From the NCBI GenBank assembly GCA_963718085.1, contig CAVQYA010000002.1, positions 736,127 to 800,126 of the forward strand: a DNA stretch of 64,000 nucleotides, written 5' to 3'. The translations under genes and the position numbers were made by a program. The notes beneath the pieces are model-generated. The model saw nothing but the letters and a program-made list of their open reading frames with translations, searched no databases and was not told the DNA's origin. Within the stretch, counting starts at the first letter, position 1; the number at the start of each line of letters is the position of its first letter. Below, piece by piece: positions 1-8,313 of this stretch. The stretch is from an uncultured Chloroflexia bacterium. Lineage in GTDB: Bacteria; Chloroflexota; Limnocylindria; Limnocylindrales; CSP1-4.

Positions 1-59
1 CGCACGTGAGCCGAGTATAGCGGAGGGGTCCCGGGGGGCCGGGAGGGCGGCGGGCGCGG

Positions 60-420
60 GTGCGGGCGGCGCGGGTGCGCGGCGGGCGCGGGGCGGGCGG
101 CGGCGGCGGGCGGGACGGGGGGCGGGGCGGCGGGCGCGGGTGCGGGCACGGGCGCGGAGCACGCGGGGCGGCGCGGCGGGCGGGAAGGCGGGCGCGGGTG
201 CGGGCACGGGCGCGGCGCGGCGGGGGGCGCTCTGGCGGCTTCGGACCGACGCTGCCTTGGCCATGGTGCCGCGCGGTCGTGGGGGCGGGGCGGCGCGTGC
301 GGCGCGGGGCGGCGGGTGCGGCGGGTGCGGGCGCGGGTGCGGGCGCGGCGCGCTCTGGCGGCTTCGGACCGACCCTGCCCTGGCCATGGTGCCGCGCGGT
401 CGTGGTGCCGGGCGCGCCGC
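60..420. repeat. G-rich degenerate tandem repeat array built from GCGGGTGCGGGC/GGCGGGCGGG units. The plus strand carries many GGG(G) tracts.
   Basis: Read directly: reiterated gcgggtgcgggc / ggcgggcggc units from about 60 to 420. Confidence 0.6.
227..405. repeat. Two copies of a 56-57 bp direct repeat embedded in the G-rich array: gcgctctggcggcttcggaccgacSctgccYtggccatggtgccgcgcggtcgtgg.
   Basis: Copy 1 at 227-283 and copy 2 at 350-405 are near-identical, with 2 mismatches. Confidence 0.7.
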
Positions 421-623
421 GTATGCCGAGAACGTCTACCAGAACGCGATCCGGCGGTCGACCGTTACGTTGAGTCGGGGAATATGCATCCCGCGCATAG
501 CGGGACGCTGATCACCCCCACGCCACCGTTGCAGACTCACCGAACGGCCGGTTGCGCGGCGCGGTAGTCCTTCTTCGCATACCGAAGGTCTCGGCCTCGG
601 CCGGAGGCGCCTACGCTGGCGGC

Positions 624-1328
624 ATGCGCGAACCCCACGCCCTCGCCGAACTAGCCGACGGGATCGTCGCGTGCCGGGCCTGCCCGCGGCTCGTCGAATG
701 GCGCGAGGCCTCGGCAGCCAGCCCGCCGGCCCGCTTCCGAGGGGAGGCGTATCGCGCCCGCCCGGTCCCCGGCTTCGGCGATCCCAAGGCCCGCATCCTG
801 CTCCTCGGCCTGGCCCCCGCCAAGGACGGCGGGAACCGGACCGGCCGGGTCTTCACCGGCGACCGGAGCGGCGACTTCCTCTTCGCCGCGCTCCATCGTG
901 TCGGGCTGGCGAACCAGCCCACTTCGACCGGCCCTGCCGACGGGCTCGCGATCAACGGCGCCTACGTCGCCGCGGCCGTCCGCTGCGCCCCGCCCGGTAA
1001 CAGGCCGCTCCCCGACGAGCGCGACCGCTGCGCGCCCTTCCTGCACCACGAACTTGCGCTGCTGGAGGAGCTGCGAGTGATCGTCGCCCTCGGCGGGTTC
1101 GCCTGGAAGGCTGCGCTTCGGGCGATCGAAGCGACGGGCGGCCCGGTCCGTCGCCCCCTCCCGCGCTTCGGTCACGCCGCCGAGGTTGCGGCCGGTTCCC
1201 GGACCCTCCTGGGCGCCTATCACCCGTCGCAACAGAACGTCTTCACGGGACGGTTGACGGCGCCGATGCTCGACGCCGTCCTGGGGCGAGCGATCGAGCT
1301 CGCCGGCGTCGATGTCAGCCGCCGATGA
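624..1328 (+). CDS. Uracil-DNA glycosylase, family 4/5 (UdgB-like).
   Basis: The ACRACPRLVEWRE motif and the GDRSGDFLF and YHPSQQN motifs typical of family-4 UDGs. ATG at 624 inside ORF 552..1328. Confidence 0.8.
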   Translation: MREPHALAELADGIVACRACPRLVEWREASAASPPARFRGEAYRARPVPGFGDPKARILLLGLAPAKDGGNRTGRVFTGDRSGDFLFAALHRVGLANQPTSTGPADGLAINGAYVAAAVRCAPPGNRPLPDERDRCAPFLHHELALLEELRVIVALGGFAWKAALRAIEATGGPVRRPLPRFGHAAEVAAGSRTLLGAYHPSQQNVFTGRLTAPMLDAVLGRAIELAGVDVSRR

Positions 1329-1393
1329 GAGCGAGGACCCCCTCCCGGATCGGCGCACGCCCGTCGCCGACGCGGTGCTCTCGCGTTCGTCTC

Positions 1394-1714
1394 CTACGAG
1401 GGAGCGGTGGGCGCGTTGGGAGCCGTGTCGCGGCGTCGGTCGCCGAATTCGATGAACAGCCATGACACGTCGGCGGGGATCAGATACCAGCCGCCAAGGA
1501 ATCCGAGCATGAACAGCGCGGGCAGCAGGATCGCCGGGAGGACGATCCGGTCACGGCGACGGGTCGTTTGGCCTCGCGTTGCGATCCATGGAACGCTCAG
1601 CAGGATGCTCCACAGGACCACGTAGGGCCAACCGGCGAAGCCGCCGGCCACCAGGGGGAGGCCGAGTCCCGCGACCGCGAGGAACCATGGAACGGACCGA
1701 ATGCCAAGTCGCAT
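1394..1714 (-). CDS. Small hydrophobic membrane protein (hypothetical).
   Basis: 106-aa ORF with two predicted TM helices. No recognisable family. Confidence 0.3.
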   Translation of the reverse strand: MRLGIRSVPWFLAVAGLGLPLVAGGFAGWPYVVLWSILLSVPWIATRGQTTRRRDRIVLPAILLPALFMLGFLGGWYLIPADVSWLFIEFGDRRRDTAPNAPTAPS

Positions 1715-1925
1715 CGCCCCACCTCACGGCCTTGACCCAATGCCGCTCATCGACACTCTACGCCGACCGGGTTGTCGGTCAAGTTGGCGACATGCCTGGC
1801 GCCTGTGACCAAGAGGTCGCCTGGCAGCAGTGGCGGTGGTGGCGCCCGGACGGCGTCCCGGCACGGACAACGGGCCGTCGGGGCGGGAACCGAATGCGGG
1901 AACCGAATGTTGCTCCTGGACCTGT

Positions 1926-2060
1926 GACCCGAGCCAGCAGAACACGTTCACCGGCCGCCTGACGCCCGCCATGCTGGATGCCGTGCTGCAGCGGGCCCGC
2001 GAGATCGCCGCCGCGGCCCCGGCGCGGACGCCGGAGGATCGGGCATCATCCGCTCCATGA
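1926..2060 (+). pseudogene. Remnant of a second family-4 UDG gene, C-terminal about 45 codons only.
   Basis: The translation DPSQQNTFTGRLTPAMLDAVLQRAREIA parallels the C-terminus of the 624..1328 UDG (YHPSQQNVFTGRLTAPMLDAVLGRAIELA). No upstream part of the gene exists. Confidence 0.4.
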
Positions 2061-2557
2061 GCGAGCGCGTCCCCGGCCGCAGCGGCCGCGTCAACCAGGT
2101 CAACGTCTCGAAGGGCGGCGTGCCGAAGCTTCCCGTGGAGCGCGCGCGGGTCCACGTCCTGGGCCTCGAGGGCGACGGCCACCGCGAGCCGGAGCCGGTC
2201 CACGGCGGCGTCGACCAGGCCGTCCTGCTCTACTGCGTCGAGGCTATCGCGCGTGTCGCGGCGGACGGGCACACGGCGTTCCCAGGTGCTTACGGCGAGA
2301 ACCTGACGCTCGAGGGCCTCGACTGGGCGGCGCTGGCCGCGGGCGATCGGCTGACGATCGGCGAGGGCGGCCTCGAGGTCGAGCTGACGAAGCCCTGCCC
2401 GCCCTGCACGACGCTCGAGCACTTCTTCGCCGATCGCCGGATCGCCCGGATCAGTCACAAGGTGTGCCCGGAGGACACACGCTGGTTTGCCCGCGTGCTC
2501 CGGGAGGGCTCGGTTGCGCCGGGCGATCGGGTCGAGGTGGCGCCGGCGCGGACCTGA
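2057..2557 (+). CDS. MOSC domain-containing protein (YcbX/YiiM-like).
   Basis: MOSC-like C-terminal region (KPCPPCTTLE, VCPEDTRWFARVLREG). ATG at 2057. Confidence 0.8.
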   Translation: MSERVPGRSGRVNQVNVSKGGVPKLPVERARVHVLGLEGDGHREPEPVHGGVDQAVLLYCVEAIARVAADGHTAFPGAYGENLTLEGLDWAALAAGDRLTIGEGGLEVELTKPCPPCTTLEHFFADRRIARISHKVCPEDTRWFARVLREGSVAPGDRVEVAPART

Positions 2558-2820
2558 TCACGGGGCGCCACGCGGACGTCGGGGCGAGCCGTGGCCCGCC
2601 GGCTCGGTTGCACCGGGCGACCCGGTCGAGGTGACACCGGCGCGGACCTGATCACGGGGCGCCGCGCGGGCTTCGGGGCGAGCCGTCGCCCGCGGGCTCG
2701 GTCGCACCGGGCGATCGGGTCGAGGTGACGCCGGCGCGGACCTGATCACGGGGCGCCACGCGGACGTCCGGACTGGCCGGGGCCGCGGGCTCGATTGCGC
2801 CGGGCGCGTCCGGTCGCCCG
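2507..2820. repeat. Tandem repeat of about 93 bp, roughly 3.3 copies. It re-duplicates the 3-prime end and stop codon of the MOSC gene.
   Basis: The unit ggctcggttgcRccgggcgaYcgggtcgaggtgRcRccggcgcggacctgatcacggggcgccRcgcgg... recurs at about 2507, 2601, 2694 and 2787 (partial). Confidence 0.8.
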
Positions 2821-2919
2821 TCTGCGCCGTGGGCTGAGACGTGAACACGCCGCGCGGCCCCCGACGACAGGCCGACGGCCCCTCCACCGGAATCGCCCGA
2901 TTTCGCTACCCTGCACGTC

Positions 2920-3435
2920 ATGCTTGCCTGGGTCCTCTTCTGGGTCGTCGTCGCCGTCGCCGCCTTCGCGGTCGCGATCTTCGCCATTCGATCTCGCCAC
3001 ATCCACCCCGGCCTGATCCTCGCCGCTCTCGACGCGTTCGGGCTGGTCGTCGCCTCGTATCTCTCGGTGGTGGAGCTGGGGGGCGGCGTCCCCGTCTGCG
3101 GTCCCATCGCCGGGTGCGAGGAGGTGGCCAAGAGCGAGTACGCGTGGATCGGACCGATCCCCGTCGCGGTATTCGGCGTCGGCCTCTCGATCATCCTGCT
3201 CGTCGCCGCGCTCGGCTGGTGGCGGACCGGCGATCGACGACTCCTGGCGGTCCACTACGGGCTGAGCCTCGTCGGCGCGACCTTCGAAGCCTATTTCATG
3301 TTCCTCCAGGTCTTCGTGATCGAGGCCGTCTGCATCTGGTGCGCGATGTACGGGGTCAGCCTGATCCTGCGCTTCGTCATCGCGCTCATCGTGTGGCTGC
3401 GCCGCGACAAGGCTCCCGAGGGCGTCGGCTGGTAG
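2920..3435 (+). CDS. Vitamin K epoxide reductase (VKOR) family membrane protein.
   Basis: Polytopic membrane protein with CGPIAGC and the CIWC active-site motif. Confidence 0.8.
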   Translation: MLAWVLFWVVVAVAAFAVAIFAIRSRHIHPGLILAALDAFGLVVASYLSVVELGGGVPVCGPIAGCEEVAKSEYAWIGPIPVAVFGVGLSIILLVAALGWWRTGDRRLLAVHYGLSLVGATFEAYFMFLQVFVIEAVCIWCAMYGVSLILRFVIALIVWLRRDKAPEGVGW

Positions 3436-3750
3436 TCGAACCCGGCGACTGACAGTCGACCGCGGAGACACGCCGGTCGGCCCACTCGCCCGCCCTCGCG
3501 CCCGCTGGATCCTGTCAAATGCTCGCCACGTGAACCGTGCGACCGATCGGCCGGCCTCGCGGCGCGGCAAGTTGGCCGCCGCTGCTCCGGATCAGATCAC
3601 GTCGTCAGCCGTGCGAGCTTCTGATCGAGTCGACCTCCGTTGACGAGCCGGGTGGCGGCGCCGGCCGCCACTCGCTCCCGCTGGCGCGGCAAGCGAGCTG
3701 CCCTCCGGTTCGCCACGCGAGCACCTGATCGAAATGGTGACGCCCGGCCG

Positions 3751-3975
3751 CTGACGGAGGCGCGGTAGTCGGCGGCCGGAAGCCGACAGCGGCAATCGAC
3801 GGCCGGCAGCTGCCGGCCACGGGCGCGCCTTCCGTGTGGCGGATCGCGGGGTCCGGACGGTGACGGCGGCGCGGTAGTCGACGGCAGCAATCGACGACCG
3901 GCTGCTCCCGGGCCGGGCACGCCTTCGCGGTGGCGGCCCGCGGCGCCCGAGCGGTGACTGCGGCGCACCGGCACG
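3751..3975. repeat. Intergenic tandem repeat of about 105 bp, roughly 2.2 copies.
   Basis: tgacggRggcgcggtagtcgRcggc...gcaatcgacgRccgg... is repeated at 3751 and 3861, with a partial third copy at 3956. Confidence 0.6.
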
Positions 3976-4065
3976 AGTCTGAGCGGCCCGATGGCGCACG
4001 CCGCAATGCCCCTCCGGCGCGTTCGGGCACGGCCCGACGCGGCCTCCTGCTACGATCCGGCCACC

Positions 4066-4581
4066 ATGGACGGTGTCGTGCTCGTTCTGAACCAGAACTA
4101 CGAGCCGCTGAACGTCTGCAACCTGCCGCGCGCCTTCCGGCTCGTGTTCGGCGCTAAGGCGGAGGTCGTCGAGTACGACCACCAGACGATCAGGACGCCG
4201 CGCGCCGCGTACCGGGCCCCCTCCGTCATCCGGCTCCAGCACCATGTCCGGCGCCCCCGCCCGCGGGTGCGCCTGAGTCGGCGCGAGATCTTCTCCCGCG
4301 ATGCCCACACGTGCCAGTACTGCGGGCGGCAGGGCCACGACATGACGCTCGACCACGTGATCCCGCGCCACCGCGGCGGAAACCACACGTGGGAGAACCT
4401 CGTCACGGCCTGCAAGGTCTGCAACCACCGCAAGGGCGGCCGCACGCCGGACGAGGCGCGCATCCGGCTCCTTCGCCCGCCCCACGAGCCGCGGAGCGAC
4501 GTCTACTCCCTCTTCACGCCCTATCTCGCCGACGAGCGCAACGAGCCGTGGCGCGGCTATCTCTTCCTGGACCCGAACTGA
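4066..4581 (+). CDS. HNH endonuclease (McrA-like, standalone).
   Basis: The HNH motif: CQYCG...LDHVIPRHRGGNHTWENLVTACKVCNHRKG. ATG at 4066. Confidence 0.75.
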   Translation: MDGVVLVLNQNYEPLNVCNLPRAFRLVFGAKAEVVEYDHQTIRTPRAAYRAPSVIRLQHHVRRPRPRVRLSRREIFSRDAHTCQYCGRQGHDMTLDHVIPRHRGGNHTWENLVTACKVCNHRKGGRTPDEARIRLLRPPHEPRSDVYSLFTPYLADERNEPWRGYLFLDPN

Positions 4582-4820
4582 CGGACGGCGATCTGACCCC
4601 GCGCGACCGTCGCCCCGCCGCAGCCCCGCCTGCCGACGCCGACGCCGTGCCCGCCCCGCCCACCCGGGCCCTGCCCGCAGGCGCGCCTGCCCGACGCCGA
4701 CGCCGAGCCCGCCGCGGCCACCCGCGCGATTCCGACCGCAGTGCCCGCCGACGCCGGCGCCGTGCCCGCGGGCGTGCCTGCCCGCGCGGCGGCGCGGCCG
4801 CCCGTTCCGTTCCCGCGGCC

Positions 4821-6494
4821 GTGCCGGCCGATTACGACGCCGTGCCCGCCGACGCCGCGGCCGTGCCCGCGGGTGTCCGACTGATCGCCCGAACACTTCG
4901 CGCGGCCGGCTACGAGGCCCACCTGGTCGGCGGCTGCGTCCGAGATCTCCTCCGCGGCATCGAGCCGCTCGACTGGGACGTGGCAACCGACGCGCGGCCG
5001 GATCGACTCCTCGAGCTCTTCCCCGGAGCGCGCTACGAGAACCGCTTCGGGACGGTGGCCGTGCCCCTCCCGGACGGGGCCCACGAGGTGACGACCTTCC
5101 GGCGCGACGGCACCTACTCCGACCACCGGCGGCCCGACGACGTCACCTTCGGAGACACGCTCGACGAGGACCTCGCGCGACGCGACTTCACGGTGAACGC
5201 GATGGCGATCCCGCTCGACGACGACGGGTTGCCGGGCTCCGTCGTCGATCGCTTCGGCGGCCGGGCCGACCTCGAGGCGGGCGTCCTCCGCGCCGTCGGC
5301 GATCCCGGAGCGCGCTTCCGCGAGGATGCCCTGCGGATGCTCCGAGCGGTCCGCTTCGCGGCCACCCTCGGTTTCACGGTGGAGCCGGCAACGCGCGCCG
5401 CCATCGCCGCCGAGGGGTCGCTCGCCCTCCACGTCTCCGCGGAGCGGACGTTCGTGGAGCTGATGCGGCTGCTCGCGGCGGAACGGCCGTCGATCGGCCT
5501 GCGGCTCGCCGAGGAGACGGGCCTGCTCGGCGTCGTCGCCCCGGAGCTCGCGCGCCAGCGCGGGATCCCCCAGGCGAAGATCCCCGGCGACGACCTCTGG
5601 GATCACACCTGGCGCACGGTCGACGCGGCAGCGCAGACTCTCGTCGAGGGCCTCCCGCTGGCCCGCACGGCAGCCCTGCTGCACGACATCGGCAAGCCGT
5701 CCACCTTCGCCGACGGCCACTTCGTGGGCCATGACACGGTCGGGGCGGAGCTCGCGGCAGAGTGGCTCGCCGGGCTGCGGGCGCCCCGGGCGTTCACGGC
5801 GCGCGTCGCGAGCCTCGTCCGCCACCACATGTTCTCGTACGCCCCGGAGTGGACGGACGCCGCGATCCGGCGGTTCATCCGGCGGGTTGGCCTGGCCGAG
5901 CTCGACGACCTTCTCGACCTCCGCGCGGCCGACAACGTGGGAAGCGGCCTCCCATCGAACGTGGACGGCCTCGACGAGCTGCGCGAGCGGTGCCGGGCGC
6001 AGGTGGCGAACCACGTCGCCCTCGAGCGCGGCGACCTCGCGGCTGGCGGGGACGACCTCATGCGGGCACTGGCCCTGGCACCCGGCCCGGCGGTGGGCCG
6101 CCTGCTCGACGCGCTCCTGGAGCGCGTCCTCGCCGACCCGATGCTCAACGAACGCGGGCGCCTCCTGGCGATCGCCCGGGAGATCGCCGAGAGGGACGCC
6201 GGCGATGTCGATGGCGGCGACGCGGCCGATGTCGAGGGCGATGCTGCCGGCGACCGCGCGGAAGATGCTGCCGGCGATGTCGATGGCGGCGACGCGGCCG
6301 ATGTCGAGGGCGATGCTGCCGGCGACCGCGCGGAAGATGCTGCCGGCGATGTCGATGGCGGCGACGCGGCCGATGTCGAGGGCGATGCTGCCGGCGACCG
6401 CGCGGACGATGCCGCGGGCGATGCCGATGGGGGCGACGCGGCCTGGTCGGACGCTCGGCGGCCGCCGGATCGGCCGCGGGAAGCGCGCCCGTGA
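4821..6494 (+). CDS. cca: CCA tRNA nucleotidyltransferase with HD domain. It has a C-terminal acidic repeat tail. The start is uncertain (GTG at 4821, 4842 or 4863).
   Basis: GGCVRDLL...DWDVAT...RDFTVNAMA nucleotidyltransferase motifs, then the HD region (LLHDIGKP, HD..G). The ORF continues upstream into a Pro/Ala/Asp-rich repeat. Confidence 0.75.
   Translation: MPADYDAVPADAAAVPAGVRLIARTLRAAGYEAHLVGGCVRDLLRGIEPLDWDVATDARPDRLLELFPGARYENRFGTVAVPLPDGAHEVTTFRRDGTYSDHRRPDDVTFGDTLDEDLARRDFTVNAMAIPLDDDGLPGSVVDRFGGRADLEAGVLRAVGDPGARFREDALRMLRAVRFAATLGFTVEPATRAAIAAEGSLALHVSAERTFVELMRLLAAERPSIGLRLAEETGLLGVVAPELARQRGIPQAKIPGDDLWDHTWRTVDAAAQTLVEGLPLARTAALLHDIGKPSTFADGHFVGHDTVGAELAAEWLAGLRAPRAFTARVASLVRHHMFSYAPEWTDAAIRRFIRRVGLAELDDLLDLRAADNVGSGLPSNVDGLDELRERCRAQVANHVALERGDLAAGGDDLMRALALAPGPAVGRLLDALLERVLADPMLNERGRLLAIAREIAERDAGDVDGGDAADVEGDAAGDRAEDAAGDVDGGDAADVEGDAAGDRAEDAAGDVDGGDAADVEGDAAGDRADDAAGDADGGDAAWSDARRPPDRPREARP
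6198..6445 (+). repeat. 72-bp in-frame tandem repeat, about 3.4 copies. It encodes AGDVDGGDAADVEGDAAGDRAEDA at the C-terminus of the CCA enzyme.
   Basis: Copies at 6198-6269, 6270-6341 and 6342-6413, plus a partial copy. Confidence 0.85.
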
Positions 6495-6928
6495 TCGAGC
6501 TCCTCCTCGCCGCAGAGAACGCGCTCGCCCTCGGGCTCCTCGACCGAGCCGAGCGGACCTACCGCACCGTGCTGGAGGCGGACCCCCGCAACGGCATCGC
6601 CGCCGTCGGCCTGTCGCGGGTGGCCCTGGAGCGCGGCGACGATGCCGGCGCCCGCGCGCTGGCCCTGGCAGCGCTGGAGATCGACCCCGAGAACGCCATG
6701 GCGCGCCGAATGGTCGACCGCCTCGACGAGGTGGCCCTCTACCGCGACATGGCCGCGTCGGCACCTCCGGCCGAGCCGGCACCTCCGGCCGAGCCGGCAC
6801 CTCCGGCCGCGTCGGCACCTCCGGCCGAGCCGGCACCTCCCGCCGAGATGGAACCACCACCCGCCGCCGCGCACCAGGCGGCCCCCGCGCGCCCCGGGCT
6901 CCTGCGGCGCATCCTCCGGAGATCATGA
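6491..6928 (+). CDS. Small TPR-like protein with a C-terminal PPAEPA repeat.
   Basis: The GTG at 6491 overlaps the cca stop (GTGA). TPR-like helices (LGLLDRAERTYRTVLEADPRNGIAAVGLSRVALERGD). An 18-bp repeat gcacctccggccgagccg occurs 4 times at 6769-6842. The stop overlaps the galE start (ATGA). Confidence 0.5.
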   Translation: MIELLLAAENALALGLLDRAERTYRTVLEADPRNGIAAVGLSRVALERGDDAGARALALAALEIDPENAMARRMVDRLDEVALYRDMAASAPPAEPAPPAEPAPPAASAPPAEPAPPAEMEPPPAAAHQAAPARPGLLRRILRRS

Positions 6929-8025
6929 TGCGCGTGCTCGTCACCGGCGGCGCCGGCTACGTGGGATCGGTTTCGGTCGAGGCGCTCGTCGCCGGCGGCC
7001 ACGACGTCGTAGTCCTCGACGACCTCTCGAAGGGCCACCGCGAGGCCGTCGCCCCCGGGGCGCGCCTCGTCGAGGGCAGCTACGGGGACGCTGACGCCAT
7101 CCGCGCGCTCCTCGCCGAGACCCCGGTGGACGCCGTCCTCCACTGCGCGGCGCGCTCGCTGGTCGGCGAATCGGTGGCGAACCCGGCTCTCTACTACCGC
7201 GAGAACGTCGCCGGAGGCGTGACCCTGCTGGAGGCGCTGCGGGAGGCCGGCGTGGGACGCTTCGTCTTCAGCTCGACGGCGGCCGTCTACGGAACGCCCG
7301 TCAGCGTCCCGATCCGCGAGGACGCCGTCCACGCACCCATCAACCCCTACGGCGAGACCAAGCGGACGTTCGAGGGAGCCCTTCGCTGGTACGCCGGCGC
7401 CTACGGCCTCCGAAGCGTAAGCCTCCGCTACTTCAACGTCGCCGGCGCCTCCCTCCGCAACGGCGAGGTCCACGAACCTGAGACGCACCTCATTCCCAAT
7501 GTCCTGGCGGCCGTGGAGGGGCGCGGCGAGGTGACCGTCTTCGGAACGGACTACCCCACCCCCGACGGGACCTGCATCCGGGACTACATTCACGTCGAGG
7601 ACCTCGCCCAGGCTCACCTTCTCGCCCTCGAGGCGACCGCCCCGGACGATCCCCGCACGGACGCCACGCCGGATGCGGGCGATCCGGCGGCAAACGCCGG
7701 CTCTGGCAGAGGAAGCGTGAGCGGCGGCGCACGCAATGGCGCCTCTGACGGCATCAGCGGCGTCGCTGCCGCCATCGCTCTCAACCTCGGCAACGGCGGC
7801 GGCTTCAGCGTGCGCGAGGTCGTCGCCGCGGTCGAAGCGGCCACCGATCGCCCCGTCCCCCACCGCATCGGACCGCGCCGCGCCGGGGACCCGCCGGTCC
7901 TCGTCGCGGACGCGGGCCGCGCCCGGGCGGTGCTCGGCTGGGAACCATCTCACCCCGATCTCGTGGAGATCGTCGCGTCCGCCTGGGCCTGGCGGCGCGA
8001 GCATCCCGGCCGCTACAGATCCTGA
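6925..8025 (+). CDS. galE: UDP-glucose 4-epimerase. It carries a low-complexity insertion of about 45 aa.
   Basis: VLVTGGAGYVGS Rossmann motif and the YGETK catalytic motif. Inserted segment ATAPDDPRTDATPDAGDPAANAGSGRGSVSGGARNGASDG at about 7630-7770. Confidence 0.85.
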   Translation: MMRVLVTGGAGYVGSVSVEALVAGGHDVVVLDDLSKGHREAVAPGARLVEGSYGDADAIRALLAETPVDAVLHCAARSLVGESVANPALYYRENVAGGVTLLEALREAGVGRFVFSSTAAVYGTPVSVPIREDAVHAPINPYGETKRTFEGALRWYAGAYGLRSVSLRYFNVAGASLRNGEVHEPETHLIPNVLAAVEGRGEVTVFGTDYPTPDGTCIRDYIHVEDLAQAHLLALEATAPDDPRTDATPDAGDPAANAGSGRGSVSGGARNGASDGISGVAAAIALNLGNGGGFSVREVVAAVEAATDRPVPHRIGPRRAGDPPVLVADAGRARAVLGWEPSHPDLVEIVASAWAWRREHPGRYRS

Positions 8026-8100
8026 GGTCCCGCCGGCACCCCGCGTCCGCCTGGGCTTGGCGGCGCGAGCATCCCGGCCGCTACGGGCACTGAGGGCAGG
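7975..8100. repeat. Tandem duplication of about 69 bp, 2 copies, covering the galE 3-prime end and stop.
   Basis: gtccgcctgggcYtggcggcgcgagcatcccggccgctac... appears at 7975 and again at 8044, each followed by tga. Confidence 0.7.
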
Positions 8101-8313
8101 CGAGCGCGGGACGGCGACTGCTTGCCCTCCCGCAGAGCCGACCCCGGCCGGCGCCCGGCTGCGGCCCCGGGCCGGTAACCAATTCGCTACGAAAGCGGCC
8201 CCGGGCCGGTACTGACCGGCGCCCCCGCCCCGCGTACGGTGCAGTCCTCCGGGTCGGAGCCCCGCGGCCGCTGCCGTGCCGTCCCTTTCCCGGTCGCCAG
8301 CGAGGACGCCGCC

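Noticed and set aside
60-420. Possible CRISPR array. The 56-bp unit repeated twice with an intervening spacer-like segment suggested it.
   Set aside because: Only two copies. The spacer is low-complexity G-rich sequence made of the same short units. No cas genes. Repeat length is atypical.
5731-6925. The ORF-track entry 5731..8025 as a single 764-aa protein.
   Set aside because: Only the part from the ATG at 6925 shows GalE homology. The upstream 400 codons are off-frame readthrough across cca.
4557-6944. Long reverse-strand and alternate-frame ORFs. Examples: 651..1463-, 3592..4986-, 4557..6944-, 5603..6874-, 6739..8586-, 8786..10282-, 10971..12347-, 12305..13513-, 13897..15216-, 15054..16451-, 17311..19335-, 19772..20989+, 21628..23172+, 25642..28329+ in part, 42557..44953-, 44370..47324-, 55173..56290-, 57588..58826-.
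   Set aside because: Their Arg/Ala/Pro/Gly-rich low-complexity translations are typical of stop-free off-frames in about 72% GC DNA. Each overlaps a gene with clear family motifs on the other strand or frame.
8164-8219. Short direct repeat ggccccgggccggta, 2 copies, upstream of the small Cys-rich ORF, as a possible regulatory site.
   Set aside because: Too short and GC-simple to distinguish from chance in this composition. Noted only.
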